A DNA stretch of 64,000 nt, taken from NCBI GenBank assembly GCA_016192455.1, contig JACPUC010000021.1, forward strand, positions 1 to 64,000, read 5' to 3'. This document shows, piece by piece, positions 48,076 to 60,960 of the stretch. Position numbers and translations under genes: made by a program. How positions within the stretch are numbered: the stretch's first letter is position 1; each line of letters starts with the position of its first letter. The stretch comes from Candidatus Tectimicrobiota bacterium (lineage in GTDB: Bacteria; JACPUC01). The notes beneath the pieces are model-generated. The model was not told where the DNA came from. It ran no database searches and saw only the letters and a list, made by a program, of their open reading frames with translations.

Positions 48076-50180
48076 CCCAGGGTGTATGCCGCACCCCACA
48101 GGCGGGCGCCGCCGAGTCGCTTCCGCCCTGGGCGCCGGCGCGGCAAGCCCGGCCGCGCGGCGGGGCGATCACCGCCATTGGCTTCCTGCTCCTCGCGCTG
48201 CTGGTCGGCGGGTCACTCCGGCCGGGGTCAGGGCGGGCCCAGGAGGCTGCTCCCGACCATGCCGGGCAGTCCAGCCCGGCGCTGCAGAGCGGCGTCTCGG
48301 GGGGCGGCGCCCCTACCGGCACGGCCGTTGCGGCCCCGCCCGCGCGCGCCTCACGCTTCAGCCCCGAGAGGCTCTTCGAGGACGTGGCGACGCTCGCCGA
48401 TGACCGCATGGAGGGCCGCGGCATCGGCACCGCCGGCCTCGAGCGGGCGGCTGCCTACATCGCGGCGCAGTTCGCCGCCGCGGGGCTGACGCCGGCCGGC
48501 GACAACGGCGCCTACTTCCAGAGCTTCCGCGTTCCCACCGGCGTGCGCCTGCTGGCGGGGAACCACCTCCGCGTCAACGGCAGGGAGCTGCGCCTCGAGG
48601 ACGATTTCGTGCCGCTCAACTTTGCCGCAAATGGCGCCGCCGGCGGCGGCCTCGTCTTCGCCGGCTTCGGCATCACGGCGCCGGAGATCGGCTATGACGA
48701 TTACGCCGGGATCGACGTGGCGGGCAAGATCGTCATGGTGCTCCGCCGCGAGCCGCGCGAACGCGATCAGCAGAGCCCGTTCCGCGATCCGCGCGCCTAT
48801 CGCTACTCCGAGGTGCGCTACAAGCTCCACAACGCGCGGCAGCACGGCGCCGCCGGCGTCCTGGTCGTGGACCTCCCCGATCCGCCAGCTCCGGCGAAGC
48901 CGTCCGCCGCGCCGCGCGCCACAGCGGGGAAGCCTCCGCAGCCTGGCGACGGCGCAGCGCGCCGGCCGCTCCGCTTCGACGAGCGCACCGGCGGGGCTTC
49001 CGCCGGCATCCTCGCGGTCTACCTGCACCACGAGGTTGCGACGCGGCTGCTGCGCGATGCCGGCGCTTCCCTCGAGGAGCGCAAGGCTTCGATTGACGCC
49101 ACGTTGCAGCCCGCCTCGCTGGAGGCGCCCGGGGTGAGCGTCGAGCTCGTTGTGGCGCTGGAGAAGGTCTTCGGCAGTGTCCGCAACGTCGTCGGCTGGC
49201 TCCCCGGGCAGGATGCGACGCCGCGCCGGGAGGTCGTCGTCATCGGCGCCCACTACGATCACCTTGGCTACGGGGATGGGAACTCCCTGGCCGCGAGCCC
49301 GGGGCGCGCAGTCCACAACGGCGCCGATGACAACGCCTCCGGGGTGGCCGGGGTGCTGGCGCTGGCGCGGTCCTTCGCCGCCCGACGCGGCACGGAGGCC
49401 GGCGCCCCACGCAGCCTGCTCTTCGCCGCCTTCGCCGCGGAGGAGCTCGGGGTGCTCGGCTCCACCTACTTCGTGAAGCATCCGCCCGGCCCGCTGGCGC
49501 CGCCGCAGGGCATCGGCGACGTGGCCGCCATGCTCAACCTCGACATGATCGGGCGCCTGCGGCAGCGCACCCTGCACGTGCAGGGGGTGGACTCGGCGGC
49601 AGGCTTCCGCAGCCTCGCGCAGGAGATCGCCGCGCCGCTTGGCCTGCAGCTCAAGTTCCTCGGCGAGGGGTACGGGCCGTCAGACCACACACCCTTCTAT
49701 GCCGCGAAGGTTCCCGTGCTCTTCTTCTTCACGGGGCCGCACAGCGACTACCACAAGCCGAGTGACGACGCGACCAAGATCAATGCCGCCGGCATGGCCG
49801 AGGTGGTGGAGCTGGTGGCACGCGTCGCCGAGCGCCTCGCCGCCTCGCCGCGACCGCAGTACGTCGCGGCGAAGACACCGCCGGCACGGCGCGCGGCGGG
49901 TTCCGGCGGAGGTTACGGGCCGCGCTTCGGCATCGTGCCGGATTTCTCCGAGTTCGAGGGCGGCGTGCTCATCAGCGGCGTCGGGCCGGGGACTCCGGCG
50001 GACAGCATTGGGCTGCGCACCGGCGACGTCATCACGCGGTTCGCCGGCGTCCCGGTGTACAACCTCTATGACTTCACGTACGTGCTGCGCTCGAAACGGG
50101 CTGGCGATGAGGTCGAGGTAACATTCCGGAGAGACGGCGGCACCTTCACCAAGCGGGTGACCTTGGAGCGCCGGCGCTAG
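48060..50180 (+). CDS. M28-family aminopeptidase with PA and C-terminal PDZ domains
   Basis: GAHYDHLG, NGADDNASG, AEELG, NLDMIG, SDH and DYHKPSD; PA region DYAGIDVAGKIV and a PDZ tail. Start uncertain. Confidence 0.9.
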   Translation: MHQPVTQGVCRTPQAGAAESLPPWAPARQARPRGGAITAIGFLLLALLVGGSLRPGSGRAQEAAPDHAGQSSPALQSGVSGGGAPTGTAVAAPPARASRFSPERLFEDVATLADDRMEGRGIGTAGLERAAAYIAAQFAAAGLTPAGDNGAYFQSFRVPTGVRLLAGNHLRVNGRELRLEDDFVPLNFAANGAAGGGLVFAGFGITAPEIGYDDYAGIDVAGKIVMVLRREPRERDQQSPFRDPRAYRYSEVRYKLHNARQHGAAGVLVVDLPDPPAPAKPSAAPRATAGKPPQPGDGAARRPLRFDERTGGASAGILAVYLHHEVATRLLRDAGASLEERKASIDATLQPASLEAPGVSVELVVALEKVFGSVRNVVGWLPGQDATPRREVVVIGAHYDHLGYGDGNSLAASPGRAVHNGADDNASGVAGVLALARSFAARRGTEAGAPRSLLFAAFAAEELGVLGSTYFVKHPPGPLAPPQGIGDVAAMLNLDMIGRLRQRTLHVQGVDSAAGFRSLAQEIAAPLGLQLKFLGEGYGPSDHTPFYAAKVPVLFFFTGPHSDYHKPSDDATKINAAGMAEVVELVARVAERLAASPRPQYVAAKTPPARRAAGSGGGYGPRFGIVPDFSEFEGGVLISGVGPGTPADSIGLRTGDVITRFAGVPVYNLYDFTYVLRSKRAGDEVEVTFRRDGGTFTKRVTLERRR

Positions 50181-50601
50181 GCGGTGCGGTCGAAGCCTCG
50201 CCGCGCGCCGCCCGCAGAGTGGCGAGGCGAAGGGCCGAGGGGAGCGCCGCGGGTCGCCGCTGCCGCGAAGCCCCAAGCGCTCCCGCCCGCCGGCACGCTG
50301 GTCAGCGGAGAGAGGGAAGCTCGGTCCAGTTCGCGGGCAGGCTGGAGCATGGTAGAATAACCGCACTCCACTACATACCGCGGCGCGCGTTAGGGTCTGC
50401 GCGCAGGGAGGGGTGCGGAGCTGCGCGGCCGGCAGACGGCGAGGATGGCGTCATGCAGGAGCGTGGCGGGCCGTCCGCGCCATGCCAGCAGCGGGGCTCA
50501 GCTCCACTCCTCGGCGGCGGCCACTTCGCGGGCTGGTTCTTCGCCACGCGGAGCATGAGGTCGCCGGCGGGAGGGGGGGCTGTCACATGGGAGGAACAGG
50601 C

Positions 50602-51588
50602 ATGCGGCACGTGCTGACTTCGGCGGTCGGATTGGTGATGGCGCTGGTGGTGCTGGTGGGCTTGACGCCGGCGGCGCCTGCTCAAGGGGTGATCAAGGTG
50701 GGCATCCTGCCCCTCATCTCTTACGCGCCCATCTTTGTGGCTATTGAGAAAGGGTTCTTCAAGGAAGAGGGGCTGGAGGTCGAGCTCATCCGCTTTGCCT
50801 CGGGCGCCAAGATGATGGCCCCCCTGGCGACCGGGGAAATCCAGGTGGCTTCAGGCTCGGCCAGCGCCGGCCTCTTCAACTCCATCGCCAAGGGGGCTGA
50901 CTTCCGCATCGTGGCGGACAAGGGACAGATTCGGCCAGGCTATGGGTTCGTGCAACTGATCGTGCGCAAAGACCTCCTCGACTCCGGCGCCGTGAAGAGC
51001 GTCAAAGACCTCGAGGGCCGGACCCTTGCCAACCATGCCAGGGGCATCATCAACGACTATATCCTCTACGCGATTGCGAAGGAGCGCGGACTTGATCGCA
51101 GCAAGTTGAACGTGGTCTACATGGAGCCGCCGAAAATCTACGCGGCGCTGAAATCAAAGGCGATTGATGCGGCGCTGACGGTGGAGCCGTGGACCGTCCG
51201 CGCCGAGATGGAAGGGCTCGCCGTCCGCTACATCTACGCCGACCAGCTTGCGCTGGTGCGGGAGATGCAGATTGCCGAAATCTTCTACTCCGGCAAGTTC
51301 ATTCGCGAGCAGGAAGCGGCCGCCCGCAAGTTCATGAAGGTCTACCTGCGCGGCATTCGGTACTTCAACGAGCGCGGCATGAAGAACGATGAGATCGTCA
51401 CCATCATCGAGAAGTACACCAAGGTGCCGCGGAACATGATCAGCGCCTCGACGCCGTTCTACCTCGACAACGACGGCAAGGTGCTCGTGGAGTCGATCGA
51501 AAAGCTGCAGGATTTCTTTTACGAAGAACGGCTCGTCAAACAGAAGCTGCCGATGGACAAGGTGGTGGACCTGCGCTTCCTGAAGTAG
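50602..51588 (+). CDS. NitT/TauT ABC substrate-binding protein
   Basis: Signal peptide, APIFVAIEKGFFKEEGLEVEL, DLEGRT and IDAAL.VEP motifs. Confidence 0.88.
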   Translation: MRHVLTSAVGLVMALVVLVGLTPAAPAQGVIKVGILPLISYAPIFVAIEKGFFKEEGLEVELIRFASGAKMMAPLATGEIQVASGSASAGLFNSIAKGADFRIVADKGQIRPGYGFVQLIVRKDLLDSGAVKSVKDLEGRTLANHARGIINDYILYAIAKERGLDRSKLNVVYMEPPKIYAALKSKAIDAALTVEPWTVRAEMEGLAVRYIYADQLALVREMQIAEIFYSGKFIREQEAAARKFMKVYLRGIRYFNERGMKNDEIVTIIEKYTKVPRNMISASTPFYLDNDGKVLVESIEKLQDFFYEERLVKQKLPMDKVVDLRFLK

Positions 51589-51629
51589 GCGCGGCGCGGG
51601 CGAGCCGGGCAACCGAGGCGGCGGTCGCG

Positions 51630-52526
51630 TCAGCCGCGCGCCTCCTGCCGCGCCGCCTGCCGGGCCTGCTCCTCGGCGTGGTAGGAGCTGCGCACCAGGG
51701 GGCCGGCTTCCACGTGGCGGAAGCCGAGGGCAAGGGCTTCCCGGCGCAGCGTGGCGAACTCGCCGGGATGCCAGAAGCGCTCGACCCGCAGGTGGCGGGG
51801 CGAGGGTTGCAGGTACTGGCCGAGGTTGACGATCCCGCAGCCCACCCCGCGGAGGTCGCGGAGCACCTGCCGGACCTCGTCGATCTCCTCTCCCAAGCCC
51901 AGCATGAGGCCGCTCTTCGTGCGCGCGCCATGCTCGCCGGCGCGGCGCAAGAGCTCGAGGGTGCGGCCATACTTGGCCTGGGGCCGCACCCGCCGGTAGA
52001 GGCGCGGCACCGTCTCGGTGTTGTGGGCCAGGATGTCCGGCGCCGCGTCGAGGAGGGTGAGGAGATCGCGCCGCGAGCCCTGGAAGTCGGGCGCCAGCGC
52101 CTCGATCGTGCACCGTGGGCTGAGCCGGCGCACGGCGCGGATCGTCGCGGCCCAGATGCCCGCGCCGCCATCGGCAAGCTCGTCGCGGTTCACCGAGGTG
52201 AGGACGGCGTGGCGCAACCCCAAGGCGCGCACGGCGCGGGCCACCCGTAGAGGCTCCTCCAGGTCAAGCCCCTGCGGCCGCCCCGTGGTCACCTCGCAAA
52301 ACCCGCAGCTCCTCGTACACACCTCCCCCAACAGCATGAACGTGGCGGTGCCGCGTCCCCAGCAGTCGCCGAGGTTCGGACAGCGCGCGCTCTCGCACAC
52401 GGTGTGCAGCCGCTCTCGACGCACGAGGTCCTTCAGCGCCAGGTAGGTGGCGCCCATGGGAAGCCGCACCTTCAGCCACGGCGGCTTGCGCGCCGGGCGC
52501 TCGGAGATGACCCTCAACTCCGCCAT
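51630..52526 (-). CDS. lipA: Lipoyl synthase
   Basis: KPPWL, CESARCPNLGDC (CX4CX5C), CTRSCGFC, HNTETV, GQYLQPS and RSSY motifs. Confidence 0.96.
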   Translation of the reverse strand: MAELRVISERPARKPPWLKVRLPMGATYLALKDLVRRERLHTVCESARCPNLGDCWGRGTATFMLLGEVCTRSCGFCEVTTGRPQGLDLEEPLRVARAVRALGLRHAVLTSVNRDELADGGAGIWAATIRAVRRLSPRCTIEALAPDFQGSRRDLLTLLDAAPDILAHNTETVPRLYRRVRPQAKYGRTLELLRRAGEHGARTKSGLMLGLGEEIDEVRQVLRDLRGVGCGIVNLGQYLQPSPRHLRVERFWHPGEFATLRREALALGFRHVEAGPLVRSSYHAEEQARQAARQEARG

Positions 52527-52768
52527 CCCGCGGTCCTCGTCCTCTCTGCGGGCGCCGGCTGCGTCTCCTGCTCGGCATGGCACGGGGCACCTCATCCCAG
52601 CAGGGGCCGCGCAGCCCTGCCTGCCACGGGTGGCCGACCAGGGAGGGGCGCGCGGCGCGGCGGCTCCAGCTTCCTCCCATCGCATCGCCTGAGAACCAGC
52701 CCGGCTTGCCTTTGCTCTTCTGATTCCCTACACATGGTACGTTTCGCCTCCGCGCTTTGCCAGGGGGA

Positions 52769-54349
52769 ATGCTGGTGACCACGCAGGAGAGCAGTCGGAG
52801 CCACTCGGGCAGCACCTTCGCCACTGCCGGCGTCATGCTGGTGGTGTTCCTCTTCGCCATCGACGCGACCATCGTCAGCAGCGCCATGCCCACCGTGGTG
52901 GCGAAGCTGGGGGACCTCGATCTCTATAGCTGGGTCTTCTCGATCTACATGCTCGCCTCCGCCCTGGCCACGCCGATCTTCGGCAAGCTCTCCGACCTCT
53001 TCAGTCGTCGTCGCCTCATCCTCTTTGCCATCGGCCTCTTCATGCTCGGCTCGGTCCTCTGCGGCTTGGCCCAGAGCATGCTCCAGCTCATCGTCTTTCG
53101 CGGTCTGCAAGGCATCGGCGGCGGCGCCATCTACTCCCTCTCCTTCATCCTCGTCGGGGTTGTCTTCCCGCCGCACAAGCGCGCCGCCATGCAGGGGCTG
53201 ATCGCCTCGGTCTGGGGGGTAGCGTCGGTGCTCGGTCCCCTGGCGGGCGGCCTCATCACCCAGTACTGGAACTGGCACTGGATCTTCTTCATCAACCTGC
53301 CGAGCGGCATCGTGGCGGCGGCGCTCATCGCGGTCGGCCTCCATGAGCCTGCCTTGCGGCAGCGGCGACCGGAGCTCGACGTGCGCGGCGCCGGCACCCT
53401 CCTCGTTGGTCTTCTCGCGCTCCTCTACGCCCTCCTGCGCAGCGGCAAGTCGGCCAACCCCTTGGACCCCGTCACCCTGGGACTGTTCGCCGTTGCACTC
53501 GCCACCTTGGGACTCTTCACCGTTCTGGAGCGGCGCGCCAGCGAGCCGCTGATCCCCCTCGGCCTGTTTCGCTGGGGCCTCTTCCGCACCGGGGTGCTGC
53601 TGGCGATGCTGGCCGCCGTGGCGGTCTTCGGCATCATCGGCTACCTGCCGCTCTACGTGCAGGGTGTCCTGGCGGGAAGCGCCTCCAAGGCCGGCGTGGT
53701 GCTCCTGCCGGTGAGCGTCGGCTGGACGCTTGGCAGCCTCATCGCTGGGCGCACGATGAATCGGCTCGGCTACCGCGCGGTCTGCCTCAGTGGCGCAACC
53801 TTGATGGCAGGCGGCTATGCCTTCCTCCTTGGCTCGGGGATGCAGAGCGGCCTCTGGGCGGCCCTGGTGGGGACATTCTTCATCGGCATCGGCACCGGCA
53901 TGATCATTGTCACCTCCCTCGTGGCGGCGCAGTCGGCGGTGCCTTTCCAGAACATCGGGGTGGCCACCTCCACGCTGATGCTCATCCGCACCTTCGGCGG
54001 CGCGCTCGGCATCAGCATCATGGGGAGCGTCCTCTTCTCCAGCATGCACAGGCAATTGCTTCAGCTCAGCGCCGGGAGCGGCGTCCCCCTCGCGCCCGCG
54101 GTGCTGGAGAAGCTCTCCAACCCGCAGACGCTCCTCGATCCGGCCAGCCGCGCGCTGCTGCCCGCGCATTTCCTCCCGGCCCTCACCCAGGCGCTCAGCT
54201 CCTCGCTGTGGTATGCCTTCACCACCGGTCTTGTTGCCGTGGTCATTGGGGTCGTGCTGAGCGCCACCATGTCGAAGCTCACGCCGGCCTCGATGCGCCG
54301 CCCCAGCAGCCCCGCGCCGGGCCGCCCTGCCGCGCGCCCGCACGTCTGA
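52769..54349 (+). CDS. DHA2 (EmrB/QacA-like) MFS transporter
   Basis: D.TIV..AMPT, WVFSIY, GKLSDLF.RR, R.LQGIGGG, GP..GG and WIFFINLP motifs. Confidence 0.92.
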   Translation: MLVTTQESSRSHSGSTFATAGVMLVVFLFAIDATIVSSAMPTVVAKLGDLDLYSWVFSIYMLASALATPIFGKLSDLFSRRRLILFAIGLFMLGSVLCGLAQSMLQLIVFRGLQGIGGGAIYSLSFILVGVVFPPHKRAAMQGLIASVWGVASVLGPLAGGLITQYWNWHWIFFINLPSGIVAAALIAVGLHEPALRQRRPELDVRGAGTLLVGLLALLYALLRSGKSANPLDPVTLGLFAVALATLGLFTVLERRASEPLIPLGLFRWGLFRTGVLLAMLAAVAVFGIIGYLPLYVQGVLAGSASKAGVVLLPVSVGWTLGSLIAGRTMNRLGYRAVCLSGATLMAGGYAFLLGSGMQSGLWAALVGTFFIGIGTGMIIVTSLVAAQSAVPFQNIGVATSTLMLIRTFGGALGISIMGSVLFSSMHRQLLQLSAGSGVPLAPAVLEKLSNPQTLLDPASRALLPAHFLPALTQALSSSLWYAFTTGLVAVVIGVVLSATMSKLTPASMRRPSSPAPGRPAARPHV

Positions 54350-54538
54350 GGGGTCTGAGCCTTTCCCTCCCGTTCAACCACGCGCCGGCGCGCCCCCCTT
54401 CGCTCCTGCCACCGAGGCGCCTCGCGGCCGCTGCGGCGCCACGCCGCACTCGCGCTCGCTCCCGTCGGCTCGCCTAGCCGCGTGGCTGCCGCGAGTCGGC
54501 CAACCGGTCCCGGAACGGCAGCCGCCATGAAAGAAAGA

Positions 54539-54567
54539 TGAACCCGTTTCGGCTCTGCTGCGTCTAA
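54539..54567 (+). promoter_or_regulatory. Putative ECF-sigma (RpoE-like) promoter upstream of the HtrA protease
   Basis: TGAAC-N17-CGTCTAA matches the ECF AAC/CGT consensus. Confidence 0.5.
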
Positions 54568-54896
54568 TTGAACAGAGTTGGCCGACGCTAACCGAGACGC
54601 GTGTCTCCTCACAAACAGCCGTGGTGCGAGCGCGAGGGGCGGCATGATCTCCCGTCGCGGCGCAGCGGGAGCTCGGCCGCGCGCTCGGAGACTCCCGCTC
54701 CGAACTTTCCAACGAGTGATGCTTGATTGCTCACCCGGCGCGTTCCATGTGTCTGCTGCGAGGGCTCCCTGCGCGACAGATTCAGCACGCTTCCGAGGGA
54801 AGAGTCATCGCGGCGGGCAGGGCGGACGTGTGCCGCGCGTCCTCCCGCGGCAGGGGCAGGTAAGCTTTCGCGGCTACTTTCCAGGAGGATGCGAAG

Positions 54897-56366
54897 ATGG
54901 ATCATCACTCATCGCCAGCAGAGGCGCGTTTCGGCAAAAAATCTCTGCTCCTCACGGCGGTCGTCGCCCTCCTTCTTGGCGTTGGGCTCGCTACCTTGGC
55001 TGGAGTATCTCACCACGGAGCCGAGGTTTACGCCCAGGCAGCGAGCGCGCCCGGCACCGTCGCCGCGGCGCCGAACTTCTCAGAGCTGGCGGCGCGACTG
55101 AGCCCCTCGGTGGTCAATGTCGACACCGTCCTCACCGTGCGCCCGGAGTGGCCTGGCGGCAAGTCGCCGTTCGCCCCGCCGTTCGGTGAAGAGTTTTTCG
55201 AGCGCTTCTTCGGCATGCGTCCGCCGCAGCAACAGCGTCGCGGCAAGGGCTCGGGGGTGATCTTCAGTCAGGACGGCTACATCCTGACGAACAACCACGT
55301 CGTCGAGGGAGCTGATCAGGTCACCGTCACCCTGGCCGATGGCACGAAGTACCCGGCCCGCGTGGTGGGGAGGGATGACAAGACGGACCTCGGGCTGCTG
55401 AAGATTGATAAAGAGGTGAAGCTCACCGCCGCCCGTCTTGGCGATTCCGACACCCTGAAGGTGGGCGAATGGGTGATGGCCATCGGCAATCCCTTTGGCC
55501 TCGGGCACACCGTGACCGTGGGGATCGTCAGCGCCAAGGGACGCATCATCGGCTCCGGGCCGTACGACGACTTCATCCAGACGGATGCGTCGATCAACCC
55601 CGGCAACAGCGGTGGTCCTCTCTTCAACACCGCCGGCGAGGTCATCGGCATCAACACGGCCATCATCGCCCAGGGGCAGGGCATCGGCTTCGCCATTCCC
55701 GTCAACATGGCGAAGGACCTCCTTCCCGGGCTGCGGCAGGGGAGGGTCGTGCGTGGCTGGCTGGGCGTCTCCATCCAGACGGTGACGCCGGAGCTCGCCG
55801 AAGCGTTGCAGTTGAAAGCGCGCAAGGGCGCGCTGGTGGCCGAGGTGCTGTCCGGCAGCCCGGCGGCTCAAGCTGGGGTGCGGCGTGGGGATGTCATCGT
55901 GCGCTTCGCCGGGGAGGAGGTCGACGACTCCCACACGCTGCCGCGGCTGGTGGCGCGCGTCGCGGCGGGCAAGAGCGTGAGCCTTGAGGTGATCCGCGAC
56001 GGCAAGCGTCTGCAGCTTTCCACCACCATTCGGGTGCTGTCGGAGGAGCCGGCGGCAGGCGGGCAAGCCCCGCAAGAGCCTTCGTCGCAGCTCGGCTTGC
56101 GCCTTCAGGAGCTGACGCCGGAGCTGGCGGCGCGGTTCGGAGTGGAGAGCCGCGCGGGGTTGATCGTGGTTGAGCTGGAGCCGGGGAGCGCCGCCGAGCG
56201 TGCCGGCGTGCAGCGGGGCGATGTCCTCCTCGAGGCCAATCACAAGCCGCTGCGAAGCGTCCGCGACCTACGTGAGGCCCTGCGGAACGTGCCGAAGGGG
56301 AGGGCGCTCCTTGTGGTCCTGGAGCGCAACGGCAGGAGCCTCTTCACGGCCATTCCGGTCGGCTGA
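54897..56366 (+). CDS. HtrA/DegP/DegQ-family serine endoprotease with two PDZ domains
   Basis: GSGVI, TNNHVV, D..TDL, IQTDASINPGNSGGPL and two PDZ repeats. Confidence 0.95.
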   Translation: MDHHSSPAEARFGKKSLLLTAVVALLLGVGLATLAGVSHHGAEVYAQAASAPGTVAAAPNFSELAARLSPSVVNVDTVLTVRPEWPGGKSPFAPPFGEEFFERFFGMRPPQQQRRGKGSGVIFSQDGYILTNNHVVEGADQVTVTLADGTKYPARVVGRDDKTDLGLLKIDKEVKLTAARLGDSDTLKVGEWVMAIGNPFGLGHTVTVGIVSAKGRIIGSGPYDDFIQTDASINPGNSGGPLFNTAGEVIGINTAIIAQGQGIGFAIPVNMAKDLLPGLRQGRVVRGWLGVSIQTVTPELAEALQLKARKGALVAEVLSGSPAAQAGVRRGDVIVRFAGEEVDDSHTLPRLVARVAAGKSVSLEVIRDGKRLQLSTTIRVLSEEPAAGGQAPQEPSSQLGLRLQELTPELAARFGVESRAGLIVVELEPGSAAERAGVQRGDVLLEANHKPLRSVRDLREALRNVPKGRALLVVLERNGRSLFTAIPVG

Positions 56367-56521
56367 GCAGGCGCGCCGGGCGTCCGGGAGCGGCATCGCT
56401 CGGGTTCACCCGCGGCGGCGCAGGCGTCACGGTGACACCGAGGGCGGGGCGCTGGAGGAGATGCCGCAGCCGCTCCGCCCTTCCACCCCACCGCCAAGGG
56501 CGAGTGCTACCCGACGCCGCG

Positions 56522-56977
56522 TCAGGGGATGCCCGCAAAGGCATTGAAGCGAAATCCGGACAGGAGGCGAAAGAGGAAGAAGTAGCGCAGGGGATGGCCG
56601 CCGTAGCTGAGCTGATCGATGAGCAAGTGGGCCAGAAGGCCCAGCGCGGCGCCCGCGGCCAGCCATCGCCACCTGCGGCAGCGCCAGGCGAGGAGAGCGA
56701 GGCCGATCACCCATTCGTAACCATGGAACACCAGCAGCGAGAAGGCATGTCCGGCTTGATACTGCGGCGCCTGCAGGAACTCGAGGAGGTCGAAGCGGCG
56801 GAACTGCGTCAGGAGGAGGTAGTCGAGGAGATGGTCCAGATCAACCAGGAGGCTGACGGAGAAGCAGAGGACGGCCGCCTGGCATGAGCGAGCGCGCCAC
56901 CTGAGAAGCGCGGCCAGGCCCGCCGCCACCAGAGTATGGAGCAGCTCATGGAAGAGAAGGAACAGCAGTCTTCCCAC
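56522..56977 (-). CDS. Small membrane protein, possible metal-dependent hydrolase (YdjM-like)
   Basis: Hydrophobic segments with HELLH, DLDH, FHGYEW and H...D motifs. Confidence 0.6.
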   Translation of the reverse strand: MGRLLFLLFHELLHTLVAAGLAALLRWRARSCQAAVLCFSVSLLVDLDHLLDYLLLTQFRRFDLLEFLQAPQYQAGHAFSLLVFHGYEWVIGLALLAWRCRRWRWLAAGAALGLLAHLLIDQLSYGGHPLRYFFLFRLLSGFRFNAFAGIP

Positions 56978-57372
56978 CGCCGAGGGGGTCTCCTGGGCAA
57001 CGCATGATGCAAGCGGAAGGGGGCGGACGGCGCGCCGCCGGGCGCTCCCCCTGGCGCCTGCATCGTACGCATCCGCGCCTGCCGCAGCAAGGTCGCCTCG
57101 CTCACCCCGCTGGTTTCATGCCTCGGCAGCCATGCCGGCCGCGGCGCGGCCGGGCGCGGGCCTCTCCCGCACCACAAGGACGTTGCATCCCGGAGGTGAT
57201 CCTCCTATTGTGGGGAGAGCGCCGCTGGCGAAGGTGCGGGGCGCCGCGCCAGCGGTGGAGCGCCGGCCTGGTCCCGCCAGGGCCAAGCGGAGCGCGACCG
57301 GGCGGCTTGGCGTGGAGAGGGCGCGCAGTCACGCAACCCTCTCCGTCGTATCGGCAAAGGATGGGGTCTCCG

Positions 57373-60864
<3,492 letters not shown>

Positions 60865-60960
60865 GAGGCATGCCGCCGGGGAAGCGCGGGGCGTTCCCCC
60901 CCTGCCGTCATGGGGATCGTTCCTGGCCGCGGCGGCTTCCTGGCGCGGCTCTCCCCGCCG

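Noticed and set aside
57004..57372. 123-aa N-terminal extension of MetH
   Set aside because: Low-complexity Arg/Pro/Gly read-through. Homology begins at MRDFL (57373).
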